From: Chrysomallon squamiferum
Lineage: Eukaryota > Animalia > Mollusca
Direction of reading: 5' to 3'
NCBI GenBank assembly: GCA_012295275.1
Contig: CM022667.1
Location: 16,368,001-16,432,000 of the forward strand
Length of the DNA: 64,000 nucleotides
Part shown: positions 1 through 12,560 of the stretch, piece after piece
Position numbering within the stretch: position 1 is the stretch's first letter
Layout of the letters: each line of letters starts with the position of its first letter
Notes under the pieces: generated by a model
What the model saw: the letters and a program-made list of their open reading frames with translations, nothing else
What the model was told of the DNA's origin: nothing
Database searches by the model: none
Translations under genes and position numbers: made by a program

Positions 1-479
1 TTGTATGTATGTTTGGGTATGTATGTGTATCTTTTTATGTGTGAGTTTGTGTCTGTGTATGAGTGCGCATGTACATGTATGCAGAAACCATATACACATA
101 TATACCTATATATATGCACACACACAAACACACACTCAAACACACACATGCATATAAAGATACACACATGTATAGACGTTTCCTCGTCAGACATTTTTAA
201 TTAAAAATCTGTTTTCACACAAATCGTTTAAAACTAAATTAAAAACATGTCTCCGTCAACAAGTAGTTTCCACTGTTGATTCATAAGCTAATAATGTTCT
301 CAGCTTTTTGTTAACTTTGACATTTACACAGTATACACTCAGCACATGGAGTAGATTGAAAACAATATCAGAACAGTTACATAGTACAAAAGTAATAATA
401 TGCAATTATAGATAACAGACTGATATTAATCAAAAGGTGTCCTTAACGAGCTATATTCAGAGAGATAGTTCCCAGACCG

Positions 480-1370
480 GTTTAAAATTTTATATTATAT
501 ATTAATACAATTTAATGTGTTGAAGATTTCATCCAGTGAAAAGGTTTAATATAGTAACTTTTAACATCGTCACATTCGTCTTCAGTTTTGTTTGGATTAT
601 AATTTCTATCGCTTACGAATGGGTTCTACAATCTAAGCTGTTTAATTAATAGTATTCTAAAATGTTTATGTATGTATGAAAGTGTGTATAATGCACCCTC
701 ACAAAAAAAATTAAAAAAATAAAAAAACTACCCATAGACACACATATATACATGAATGGAGGACAAAATTCACTTCACAAAAGCCCATTCAGAAACATTT
801 CAGTTTTACTTCAGGCTTGAACTCGATTATCTTTAATTTCTCTTTAATTTCTGTTACCTATTCTACAGCATAATAGATAATTATAGTACAACAGATGATA
901 GTATATTTATTTTATTGCAGAGAACTGGCTCAAACGTCCTTTTCCCTTGCCAGATATTATCTTTTTTCTCTTGAAATATCTTTCACTGAAGTCACACTGA
1001 TAACATCCCAGACCATTGACCAATACTGGGAGATCATTACTGTCATGGGTTCCTTAAGATAGCCCCAGTGACTGTGTTTACCTTATATTAATGTCCCAGT
1101 GTTGTGGAGGAATTTCTCAAGTACTCTAAATCTAAATAAAGATAAATAAACCTCAGACGAGTTAATGATGTTTACGTATCTTTCGATTATGCCTCCAATT
1201 CCTGAACTGTAAGTAAAATCACAATTCAAAGCCGTACACGCATCCAACCGTCCATACATATATAAATCAGATACACACATACATACGTACTTAGAGACAT
1301 ACATAGATACACACATACATATATTACCACATTTTAATATTAATGTTCATTACATTTTGAGGATTTTTTA
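480..1370 (-). repeat. Copy A of a locally multiplied block, inverted relative to the copies at 8250-8500/11870-12180 and 18950-19740
   Basis: Its reverse complement contains ...ttaactcgtctgaggtttatt...aattcctcc...cactggggctatc...gggatgttatcagt..., matching + strand text at ~19040-19210 and ~11890-12045. Boundaries approximate. Confidence 0.75.
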
Positions 1371-3089
1371 AATTATCTTCCATTTTCTTAAGTGATGTTT
1401 CAGAATGTTATTCTTATTTTTTGGAACTCAGTAAAAAGTGTTTTGATAGAATTATTTGCTGCTAGAATAATTTTTAACACTTCATTAAACCAGTTTGAAC
1501 ATTAGCAGATCTCTCCATTTTGTTCTGTCAAGTGTCATGCTAAGAAAAAAGAAAAAAATTAAACGTTCATTTAAAGAAAAAAATTAACTCTAAATTTTAG
1601 AAACTCATCATGCATGAGACTATTTAATATATTTGAATATGTTTGTATTTTTTTTTCCTTTCCTTTTATGAACATATTTTATATTTGTGTTATATCCGAG
1701 CAAGCTTGTTGTTCTTTATTTAGCCTAATAAGTTTATTATAATAATTTTTTACATGGTACGTCTCTAATGCATTTGTGTTCCCCTTCTCAAATCCTTATT
1801 TATTTAATTTATTTTGTTAATTTTCTAAATAGATTGAAATATGAAATTTGACTCATAGTTTCTAACCCAGGTAATTTCTCCTGTTTATCACCCATGTCAA
1901 AATGATGTGAAGTGAAGATATCAGTTGAATGGAACAGGATGCAGCAGTTATTTAACAAACTTTTACAAACTTTGCAATTACTGAACTATGTGTGACTTTT
2001 AAAGTATCAAATCTTTAAAGGTAAGCAGTATTTTAATATGTTCTACTACACTGAACTTTTGGGGTTATACTGAACTGCCTCTTTGCTAGCATTAAGTGAT
2101 ACAAGTGTCCAGAACAATTCTATAAAAACAGCGACATGATCAGACTAAACTAGGGTTAGCTGATTTATTTTTATTTCTAGACTTTTTATGTTCATCTTTC
2201 AGTTGCAGATTTGACTCAATACTTTAACTCCTATTAATCCGCAGTTTTCATTTAAATCATTTAAAAATCCTTTTTTTTAAATTTATTTAAATATGCCATT
2301 AATCATCCCTTAGCTGGTAACAATAAATGAAAGTATATAATGTACTAATGGTACACGTTTTTTAATTAATTCATTCATTCATTCATTCGTTTATTTATTT
2401 CATTTTGTATTTGAAAGTATCTGCCTTAACCTTGGGATTCTCCTTTGTTTATTGTCTTTCTTATTGTTATATTCTATAGGTATAAATTTAGATATAGATA
2501 AAAATAGAGACATTGATGAATGGAAGAAAAGCTGATTTCATGGTCCAATTTGGTGCAAATTCAGTAACTTTCCAAACTCACACCAATAAGCAGCAAAACA
2601 AAATAAAAAATAAACAAATTACTAAAAGTAATAATATGCAAATCAATTATTAACAGGACATCAGAAAAAATGTCATGTTGTATGTGTATACATAAATACG
2701 TACATATATACACACACATGCTTAAACAGACAAACACAAATACACATATACAGCCACACGATAACACACACCCAAAGACAGACGTTATTATTATCATTAT
2801 GATTTTGCAGTGAATGAGACAACATTCAGCGTTAAAATTTATAGAACTTTTATTTCTAAATAATAATACTTGTAAGAAGACAAAAAAAAAAAAAAATGAA
2901 CCCACAAACAAAATTTAAAAAAACACAAAGAAACAACCTCACAATATATACAGCGTTAAGTGTTACCAAGTTCTTAAATTATTTATTTATCAATGTATCC
3001 TTATTAGATTTAATACAGTGTATTTTAAGATAATTATAATTTGGATAAGTGAAAAAAAAAAAAATTATTAATAAATTATTTATTAATTA

Positions 3090-4069
3090 CTGATAGATAT
3101 GGATAACGCACTCTTACATTATTCTACAATGTATAGCAGGTAAAATATAAAATAAAACAGTTAACATATATATTTAAAAGAATGAATCAACTTTATTAAA
3201 TAAATAAATAAATGAATAAATAAATAAATAAATATACTTAAGAACTAGTTTGTTACAAATATTAATCTTGTCAGTCATCTACAAAACAGGATTATCACTA
3301 TATATAATTATCTTCACTGCTAGAAAACATGAAATTTAAAAAAGAAAACAAAAAAACAGAAAGAATAGAGAATAAGAAACATAATAATAACATATAATAG
3401 TGTAAGAAAAAAATTATCGCTAATTAAAAACTAATTAGTAATTAGTAATGGATATGGATAATATAAGGTCAGTGTAAATAACTACAATAAACAATAGCAC
3501 ACTCTATATATACATACACACATCAAATTATATTAATAATGGTTATAGACAATATAAGGTCTGCATAAATAACTAACTACAATAAACAATTCCACACTCT
3601 TATATTATTCTACAATACAATACAATATTGAAAAAGAGGCAAAATGACTATGATACAAATGTATTTTAAGACAACTAACTATGGCTAATTAAAAGAAATA
3701 AACACTATGGATAACTTATAAAAAAAAATGTAATAAAAAAATTAATTATTAATGGACAACGATAATAACGACCTGTGTAAATAACTACAACAAACAATAC
3801 TATATTCTTACACTATTCTACAATATATATGGTATGTTAAGAATAAAAGAAAAGAAAAGGAAAGGAAAATAAAAAAGAAACAAAACAGAAACAAAATTTA
3901 AAAAATATGTTTGGTTAACAGTTTGTTACAACATGTAATCTTGTCAGTCATCTACAGAACAGAATTATCACTTTATATAATTACCTTCCACTGCTAGAAA
4001 TCAGTCACAGCCTTAAACAAACAATAATAAATAAATAATATAAACTAAATAATGGTAATAAACAAGAAT

Positions 4070-4113
<44 letters not shown>

Positions 4114-4270
4114 TATATATATATAAGATTAGTAATGGATATGTATAAAAATAATTACAATAAACAATACCACACTCTTACATTATTATACAATATAAAA
4201 TATATACAATATAAAATAAAACAGCTAATATTTATATTTAAAATAATAATTCCACTGTAATTAAAAAAAT
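3090..4270. repeat. Degenerate local tandem duplications
   Basis: 'aatcttgtcagtcatctaca...attatcact' occurs at ~3264 and ~3937. The motif 'aataactacaa(t/c)aaacaat...ctctta' recurs at ~3477, ~3574, ~3779 and ~4150. Confidence 0.6.
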
Positions 4271-5598
4271 AAATAAACATAAAGCAAAGATCTAAATGTT
4301 GACAATTCAGATTTGAAATAATGGAAATTGTTTCTCTAAATTTTCTATAATGTTAATAGAAATATTCTGTGTATTCCATTTAAAACATGAAATAGATGTG
4401 AGCTTAAGATTATAGTTAAAACAATGAATACATTATTACTATAATAGAAATAACTGTTTACTAAAACTTAGCTGTAAAAGTACTGATCGGTAGGTATGCA
4501 GAAATATACATGTCAGATTTCAAGTTAGATCTGTTACCTTATATCTCATATTATTACCTTGCTCCATTTATCAATTTTTCATCTTTATCATTTCAGTAAA
4601 CCATAAAAGCTCATAAACAATATATCACTTCTTTTAAAATTTCAAATTCAATGACTGTACTTAAAAAAAAAAAATAATAATAAAAATCAAGGGGAACATT
4701 TTATAGTTGCGTGTTAACCATGATAACATAATAAAAAAGGCTGGTTTTTGTTCAGATTGTCGGCTGTTACTGTTTTTCATTCTCTTTCTTCTCAGATCAG
4801 TGGTTCGCCTTGTTGACATTTTCTGTGTAATATACTGCATACAGTTATCTATTACATGTGATCCTACTCTTATTTATACTGTATTATTCCACACATACAC
4901 AGACACAGACACACTACAGATATAGGTTTGCACCCATGTGCTTTAAAAAATCTAACAAATATTATTTAAAATAATTTATCTCCAAATTCAAAGAAAATAA
5001 AAATGATAAATAGAAAGAAAAGTAACTAAAGGTCATATGATTACAGTAGGTAATCACTCAATGTTAATGTTGTGACAATAGCTTCCATGTTGCCCAAGCT
5101 ACAGAAAAATAAATCAATGAGAATACTTTTTTTCAGGTTTTCTTAAAGCGGTCACAATCAACAAGTTGTCTTTTTTATTTTCTATTACTGATTTATCTCT
5201 TTTAAAATATACATTGTAAGTACATAAAATCTGTTGATTACAAGTGTTTAGAATCAATGACTTCTTTTTATGATATGATTACAATTTCATTTGCCAAGAT
5301 ACTGAAAAATCGGTGCTACTGTACCAAAGAAGTGATTTTATTTCACCAAATATGATATCTGTACTAAGAATTGTTAAAATAAATACTTATTGAACTCTTT
5401 CAGATGAAAGGATGGCTTTAATTTATAGAAAAATAACAAATATTAAATGGCGATGTTAATACAAATACTAAATGGTAATACTAAGAGACATTTAATTTAT
5501 AATTATTATATCATTTTCGCCTTCACAGATTTCATATCTATATGAGATTTTGGGTTTATTCATCCTTTGCTGTATTAAAAGTGTGTACAGAGTATTAT

Positions 5599-7739
5599 TT
5601 AATTATTTATCGTATAAATCTCACAATTTATACCCTCACTTGGAATTTGTCTCACTTTTGTACGATTTGTTTTGGATTTTGTCTTGCTTATGTCTTCTTT
5701 TCCGTGTCTTTCACCCTGCATCTGATTTCGTTTCTCTTTAACTGAACCTTTCGATGAGCCTGTTTGCAGGGAACCAAGTTCAAGAAAATATCTTTTTTCA
5801 TCTATGATTCTCTTCTGTTTGATATCAAAATGACTAATAACTTCTTCTTTTCCAGTACATTTCTTCATGCATAGAATTACTGAAAGCCGCTGCATCTTCC
5901 ATTGTGTGACTTTGTCTTCTGAAATAAGTGCACATGTTTGTGACATCATAGCAATGAGGGCATTGAACATCAAGACGTAAGTGAGAAGGACAAAGAGTAT
6001 AACAAGAGTTGTGGCCAGCCAAGGCACACTTGCTTCAGTGAGCACAGTAAGTTCAGGCAAACCCAGCATCATGTTAAATAAAGTAAACATAGTCATCTGA
6101 AAACTCTCAAAATTCTCAGAATTGTTACCTTGTATGTTAGTTGGAACAAAGAGCATGTAAATCATTCCTGTAAATGACAGATATTCGATCAATATAATGA
6201 TCGAAAAGCGAATCAGATCACTGAATAAAACTTTTTGTATCATCACGGTGAAAAAGCTGAATTTTTTAAAACCTCTAAGGAAAAATGTGAGGAACCAGGA
6301 TCCAATAAGGACTGAAAGGATAATAAGGTAGGGGGAACCAGGCTGGATGAAGTACCAAAGAGCGTCTACAAATGTTGTTAGAGAAAACAGAACCAGCAAA
6401 AGATGGTATGTCCCATTATGATGGATCCTTCTGAAATTCCACCATTTTCTTTCATAAAGAGGTTTTCCTTCCATCAACAAATATAGTATAGGAATAATAA
6501 GATTTAAGGAACCGATCGCAGTAACAAAATTTGTTTTAGTTTGTGATGAAGTTTGATTGGTCTTGTTTGAATATGAATGTTGTTCAGTTCTTAAAATGGC
6601 ATATGATGTAATCCCAGTGACATATATATGAGGTGGAAGATTCCCCACAAATAGTAATACAACCTGTAGTCCAACCATTTTTTCTTTATAACCTCTCTAA
6701 TGATTGCCAGCTTCACAAATCCAAATGCTGTTTTAGTGTCCAATTCACTGATTCTTTCTAGGACCCCTTTGATTTCAGTGACCCCTAACTGATTAAATCG
6801 AGTTTTGTTTTTACTCACATATTTTACGAACGAGTCAATGTCGATGTCGTCTGAAATATTTTTGGACGATTTCTTTTCTTCATGATTATTCTGAAGCCAA
6901 CGTAGCATTGAAACAGTGTCTATTTCAGTTATATCATACCGTTTGATGTCGAATAAGCCATCGTGTTTGTGAAGTCTGCAGTAAACATCATCTAAATTCA
7001 GAATGTATTTAAATATTTCTGATTCACCTAGTTGGCTTGCAAGTAGTAATGGAGTACATTTTTCATAATTTGGGTAAAACCAGACAGCAACTGGATCACT
7101 TTCTTCATCAACTCCTTTCTTGTCACCTTTTCTTTTGTCTAGATAGGCGTTAAGGTGTGCCATCATTTCAATAACCTCTTCTTGATTATCAGAATGACAA
7201 TATGAATATTTCACAAGAGAATGGAAAACTGTATCACCATAGCTATTACGAAGTGATATTTTAGCACCGTTTTCAATGAGCAAATTGACCATTTGTTCGT
7301 CAAAATTCAGGGCTGCCACGGAAAGTGGAAGCTCTCCCATCATAACTGTGTATCTAAAGCGACTGCCAGTGGCACAAATACTCAGCAGCTGGGTTCTTTT
7401 ATTTTCATTTTCAAGCATAGCTCTTGCTGCTTTAATATTTGGTTTGCTAATTGCAATGTGAAGAGCTGTCTGCCCTTTATACTCGTCAGATTTTGCTGTC
7501 TCTGTTAAAAGACTGGGGCAGAGAGAAACAACCGTCTTAACTAAATCAGCCTTGTCATCATATTTAGTTATCAGATGAAGTAAGGTTTCATCGTTTTCAT
7601 TTTCATGCTGTTTATAACGGTAATGCGCCAACTGTTTTTTGTCACTACTTGTTTTAATCGCTTTAAGTTTTTCAATGGCTTCAACACGTCTAAAATTAAT
7701 TATGTCCTCTGAAAGCTTTTCCAATTCTGAATCGTACAT
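5599..7739 (-). pseudogene. Intronless TRPV-family (TRPV5/6-like) cation channel; one frameshift at ~6622-6629 (pseudogene or assembly indel)
   Basis: ORF 6591-7739 has TRPV-type ankyrin repeats (ETLLHLI, YKGQTALHIAI, MGELPLSVAA, YGDTVFHSLV, CTPLLLASQLG). Overlapping ORF 5599-6678 has the TM segments, S4-S5 linker (FFTVMIQKVLFSDLIRF), pore (TLFNMMLG), S6 (LTYVLMFNALIAMMSQT) and TRP box (WKMQR). Removing one AT from ATATATAT joins them as ...WGIFHLIYVTGITSYAILR... Confidence 0.88.
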
Positions 7740-8249
7740 TTCAAATAGTGGTATACTGTTACACAGAATTCAATTTTTTTTTTTTTAAATGCACGATGTA
7801 TGCCGACATACAGCCTTCTCAGCAGTGTTTAAAAAGTATTATTTAAATTAATTTTCTTTGAGTCAGTTGATCTATTTCTTCATGAACATGTTGTTTACAG
7901 GTAGGATTATACTAAACTTTATTTATTTGTTTTATTTTCAAACTTGCAAATGTTACGCTCATCCTGCAGTTTGTCAGAAAAACTAATGATCCTCAAATTT
8001 CCTTCAAAGAAATGGTTACAGATGTTATTTTTTTCTTAAACGTTTCTTCTCCTATTGATTGTAATTTATTTTTGTTATTTCATTTTATGTACTTTATTAT
8101 TTTTGTTTTTAATATTTTGATGTCATTCAACTGAATGTTTCTAGTCAGTTACAAGTAGAAATATTTTTCATATGCTATCTCCTTTCCAAAAATAGCGATC
8201 TGAAAAACAAGAACAACAATATTAATTCATGTTTTTGAAATGCACTTTA

Positions 8250-8500
8250 ATAAAAGATCCTAAAAATGTAATAAACATTAATATTAAAATCTGGTAATGT
8301 ATGTATGTACGTAGATGTATGTATTTACGTCTTTGTATATATATATATATATATATTAGTGTATGTATGTATGCATATATGTATGTATCTAATGTATCTA
8401 TGTATATATTTATGTATTTACGCAGGGACCAATGCGTGTGTATGCTTTGAATTGTGAATTTATTTAGAGGTCAGGAATTGGTGGTTTGGGTATAATTAGA
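8250..8500 (+). repeat. Copy B, left part (inverted paralog of ~1190-1370)
   Basis: 'aaatgtaataaacattaatattaaaatctggtaat' and 'gcgtgtgtatgctttgaattgtga...tcaggaattgg' match the reverse complement of ~1320-1357 and ~1195-1242. Confidence 0.65.
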
Positions 8501-9308
8501 AACATTAGGGAGACAAGACAACTTGATTCTTGTTCAGTTTTCATGGACGTCATTGACAAATGTTTGAATGTGAACGAACGGCAGCTGAAAGGTGTGATTT
8601 TATTTAGAATTTTAATATTAATTAATTGATCTATACATGACCAGTTGTTTGGTTACATGTTTGGACAGACTAATGGCCAGCGATGGTCCTTAGCCAAGGC
8701 CTAGATAAATATGTGAGATAAAGAGCCCTGAGTCGCGGCAATTAAGGGCATCTGGTGAGGAAATAAATTCAAAATGAAGATTCCTGGAGAGATCAGTTGT
8801 AATATAACAATAACAGAGTTAACCACTGATACACTGAATCCTAAAAGAAAGTTATTATTTTATTATTTCACTGAATATCTGATAATGAATTTAAATCTAA
8901 AGTAAATATCCAATCAAATTAATAATAATTTGTGTAAAATTAAAAATTTAGTTCATAGAAACTATATTATCGAAATGGCACGATTCGCTTTTCATAACAT
9001 GTCACTGAATTTCCAGCTGACTTTAACATATAACAGTTTTGTAAAATGGCGAAAGTTAAAACGCTAAAATATCAGGTGGCAGTTGTAGGCGTCTTCACAA
9101 GAAGAAAGGGCTGTGACTCAACAAATTAATGAGGAATTGCTGAGTACTTAACAGGTTGAAAGTTAAAAGTACTAAACCAATTACCCATTTCCTTTATGTT
9201 GGAATCAAGATAAAGATGAGTAAATTTAAAGGGTTTGATAATGGTCTCACATTTAGAGATTTTCGAGATCAGATATAAATGTCCTTTCTATATTAGAGCC
9301 TTGCAGAA

Positions 9309-9608
9309 ATGGAGCAGTTTAATTTTATGTTAGCTCATTTAGAAGGTGAAGCGAAAGAAGAAATTAGGTTAAGGTCACATGACCAAGAAAATCCAGAAGT
9401 GGTTGGGACGTTTTGCAAAAGACGACAGAAGATAGAACATCACTGCGAATTCTTTTACTGTCTCTCTGAGTTACTGGATGGAGTGAACAGGAAAATCGTA
9501 GCTATGGTGCCCGACAACAATAATACATTGTTGCACCAATTTGCAGAGAATGTGAGAGACCGAAACCTACAAGAAAGGATTAAAACAATTAGTCCGGCGG
9601 AGAGATGA
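9309..9608 (+). pseudogene. Gypsy gag-like fragment
   Basis: FMLAHLEGEAKEEIRLR...LSELLDGV...LLHQFAENVRD resembles the Gypsy capsid region. Confidence 0.65.
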
Positions 9609-10499
9609 CATGATCTTTCTCCAGTTACGGGAAGAAGCCTTTAAACTGTCGAAAGATGTGGGATGTTCCAGCACTTTAAAACACAAAGTAACATCCAGAA
9701 CAGTGGTTTCTGATGCTACCTCTTTTCTGCTAATAGATTACATAGTAGAGCTAGGCGAAACTGTTTGAAAACATCAAAAAAGATACAAAATCTATCTGAT
9801 ATGTTTCCAAGTACAGCAAACAATTTCTCCACCAGCGTTCAACCTATGAAATGGGCTGTGCCTGAAAAGTTTAAAGATTATCTTTTTGGACATACATTTA
9901 ACATATATACTTACAAAACCCACTAAGTCACCTTGATACCGCAAAATTCGGTACTTGGTAGCAGAGATGGGTGTCTTTTTGATGTGAAATATCATTCAGT
10001 GGAACACAATAAGAATGCCAGGAAGGAATTTTTACGAACTGACCTCTACTTCAATGGAAGCTGCGTTGAGAACTACTACTAGTATTGAAGTACCACAAAC
10101 AATGAAACCAGCTACACTGAGTTATGAAAGAAACGTCATTTGCACTGTTTAATCAAATTATGGATGCCAGATCACCATTTCCCCGCTAGTTTTTAAAAGA
10201 ACTAGCAGCGATACAGGCAAAATTAATCAGGAGATTGTTACATCACCTGACTAGAGGTTATGTACTGAATTTGGTTTATTAACACTAATCCCCAAATGGG
10301 AGAGATTATTTCTTGAAAAGAATTGCTTCACAGAAAAGTAGAAGAACGTTATTTGGGACGTATGAAGCCGTCAATCTTACCAGGAATGACGAAGGAGAAA
10401 ACTCGGCATAGTTTACATAATCAGACAGGACTACAATGTTTTAAAAGAATCAGGAGCCCTGTTAGAACAGGATAATACTAAACTGCAATGCACAAAAAT

Positions 10500-11218
10500 T
10501 TGGAACAATGGTGCAAAGAGTGTGACAAATGAAACGACTGCAACTGCGTTTGGGACATTTCTTGCTATGAGACCTCTTGAGACTGTATCCTGGATTTCAC
10601 AGTATTGGAGCCATTTTCAAGAGAAAATGTCTCAGTCATCACTTAGTGTTACCAAGTTCGCTGTGGCGGTTCTCTCGAAAGACCAGAAGGCTTTAACCGC
10701 AGCTAAGTTGTTAATGTCTGAGTAGTTTCAGCAATATGGTGCACCCGAACGAGTACACACTGATCAGGGTAAAAACATCGAATCAGAGGTTACAAGTAGT
10801 TTATGGAGTGAATAAGAGCAGGTCCACAGCCTATCTCCCGGGAGTGACTGGTCAGTGTGAGAAATTCAACAGATCACTGCATCATGCTCTCCTCACAGTT
10901 CCCAATGATCGTAACAAGAAATGGCCTGAGTACTTGCGTCAATTTACTTATTATTACAATGCTGCAAGTCATTCTACAAAATACTTTTCAGCGTTTTATT
11001 TGATGTTTGGAAGACACGCTCAACTTTCAATCGACTGTATTTTGGGTGGAGACAATGGCGAGAAGCTGAAGAAGATACTACCAGAATCGATACAGACAGG
11101 AGCACCAAGAGAAGCTAGGTTGTGCCTATTAATAAAGACGGGAGAATACCAGAATATCCAGGGCAGGAAAAACATTCACGACCACTCAGAAGTCAACTGT
11201 GCAGAATCACTGAAATGA
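10500..11218 (+). pseudogene. Gypsy integrase (rve core) fragment, frameshifted
   Basis: Across frames: WCKEC (zinc-finger end), AMRPLETV/DFTVLEP, TKFAVAV.SKDQKA, YGAPERVHTDQGKNIES, TAY.P..TGQCEKFNRSL, KWPEYL...YYYN...HS, SAFYLMFGR. Confidence 0.85.
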
Positions 11219-11869
11219 TGGACCTTGATGGAAAGTTATATAAAATTGGTCGTTTGGAAGATATAAAAGACATCAGGTGTTGAATAGGTCAGAGATGAAA
11301 CAGAGTTATGTTACATATAAAGAGAAACATTATTTAATGCAGGATGAACATCAGTCAGGCAAAGCTAAAACTGACCAGTCTGTTACATTACATATCTAGT
11401 GAGCTTGACGATCCACATCAACTTTTTGTAAACAATGTAGTCCCATCATCTCAAGCACAAAATGTACCAGGGGGCACTCTGAGACTGTCTCAGCGTACCT
11501 GCCAGCAACCACTATCGAGCAGGTCCCAGGTGAGAACGTTTGTCCATCTACTTTATCAAATGAAAATATTTTGATCAAAGTTAGTTCTACACCAGGCACT
11601 TTAAAAGGTAAGTACTGCTTGCAGTCATAGAGATACCGAATAACGTGGGACTCCAAACAAGATAAGCACAGTTGATTAAGACAGTAATAAGTCTAGCTAG
11701 TCTGACATTTATTTTCAAACATAACTAGTTTTTTGAAATTTGTAGATTATGCTTCATAATATAACATTTAGAAATTTCGAGTTTAAACGTCCAATTGCAT
11801 TTGTTTCTCAGAACAGGTCCATGAATATCACCATGTTTCACCATCTTATGAATGTTTTTGAGGACGTAA

Positions 11870-12180
11870 ATGTAAAGATACAAAAATACCTTTAACGCGT
11901 CTGAGGTATATTTCTCTTTGTTTGGACTTGGGGAATTCCTCCATGACATTTGCGAAATTAATATACTGTAAACGCTCTCTCTGGGGCTATCTTTAGGAAT
12001 GCAGAACAGAATGGTCTGCCAGTGGTGTGGCATGTTATCAGTGTGACTGGGGCGAAAGATATTTTAAAAGAGAAGAGATAATATCTGTGTTGTACTATCA
12101 TAAAGAGGAATTAAAGCTATAATCGAGACCGAACTTGTGTACTTTTTTTCTATAAAGGTGCTTTATGCATATACACATAC
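11870..12180 (+). repeat. Copy B, right part of the locally multiplied block
   Basis: 'ttaacgcgtctgaggtatatttctctttg...aattcctcc...ctggggctatc...tgttatcagtgtgact...tgttgtactat' is collinear with 19040-19340. Confidence 0.7.
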
Positions 12181-12359
12181 AGGGACCAGTTTGAGACTGG
12201 GGACTGAAGTGAACAACAGCATTTCCCTGTGTGTCCGCAGATGTACGAACAGTTAAAATAATGTAAAATAATGTAGGCTACATAAAGGGTTCACTTGTGT
12301 AAAATGTATTTAATATAGACTGCGTAATATACATCTTGAAATATAAAGAAATACACACT

Positions 12360-12560
12360 TTTATGCACAAATGTCTGGGATATATTTAAATATAGTGAAA
12401 TATATTGTCAGTGTCCGAGATATAAAATATAAGATGTTCCCTGAAACATTAAAACTATTTCATGGGTTTCACGTGGGCAAAAATTTGAGAAACGCCGACT
12501 GTATCATGCAGATGGAAGGAGCAGTATTATACTGCTAGCACATACATTACTGCTTCTCTC
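12360..12560 (+). repeat. Diverged direct repeat of ~16080-16270
   Basis: Both share 'tatttaaatata.tgaaatatattgtcagtgtc.gagatataaaa...ttccctga.aca.taaaactatttca...ctagcacatacatta'. Confidence 0.75.

Larger units (their letters stand above)
9040..11330 (+). mobile_element. Decayed, internally deleted Ty3/Gypsy LTR retrotransposon remnant
   Basis: Gag-like and integrase fragments with many stops and frameshifts. No RT/RNase H or LTR pair recognised. Boundaries approximate. Confidence 0.8.

Noticed and set aside
7740-8199. N-terminal coding extension of the TRPV-like ORF
   Set aside because: An in-frame TGA lies 11 codons upstream of the ATG, and the putative spliced frame from 14757 stops after 13 codons; treated as UTR or decayed sequence.
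8421-12190. 'cagggacca' at ~8422 and ~12180 as starts of paired LTRs
   Set aside because: Similarity does not continue; no LTR pair can be supported.
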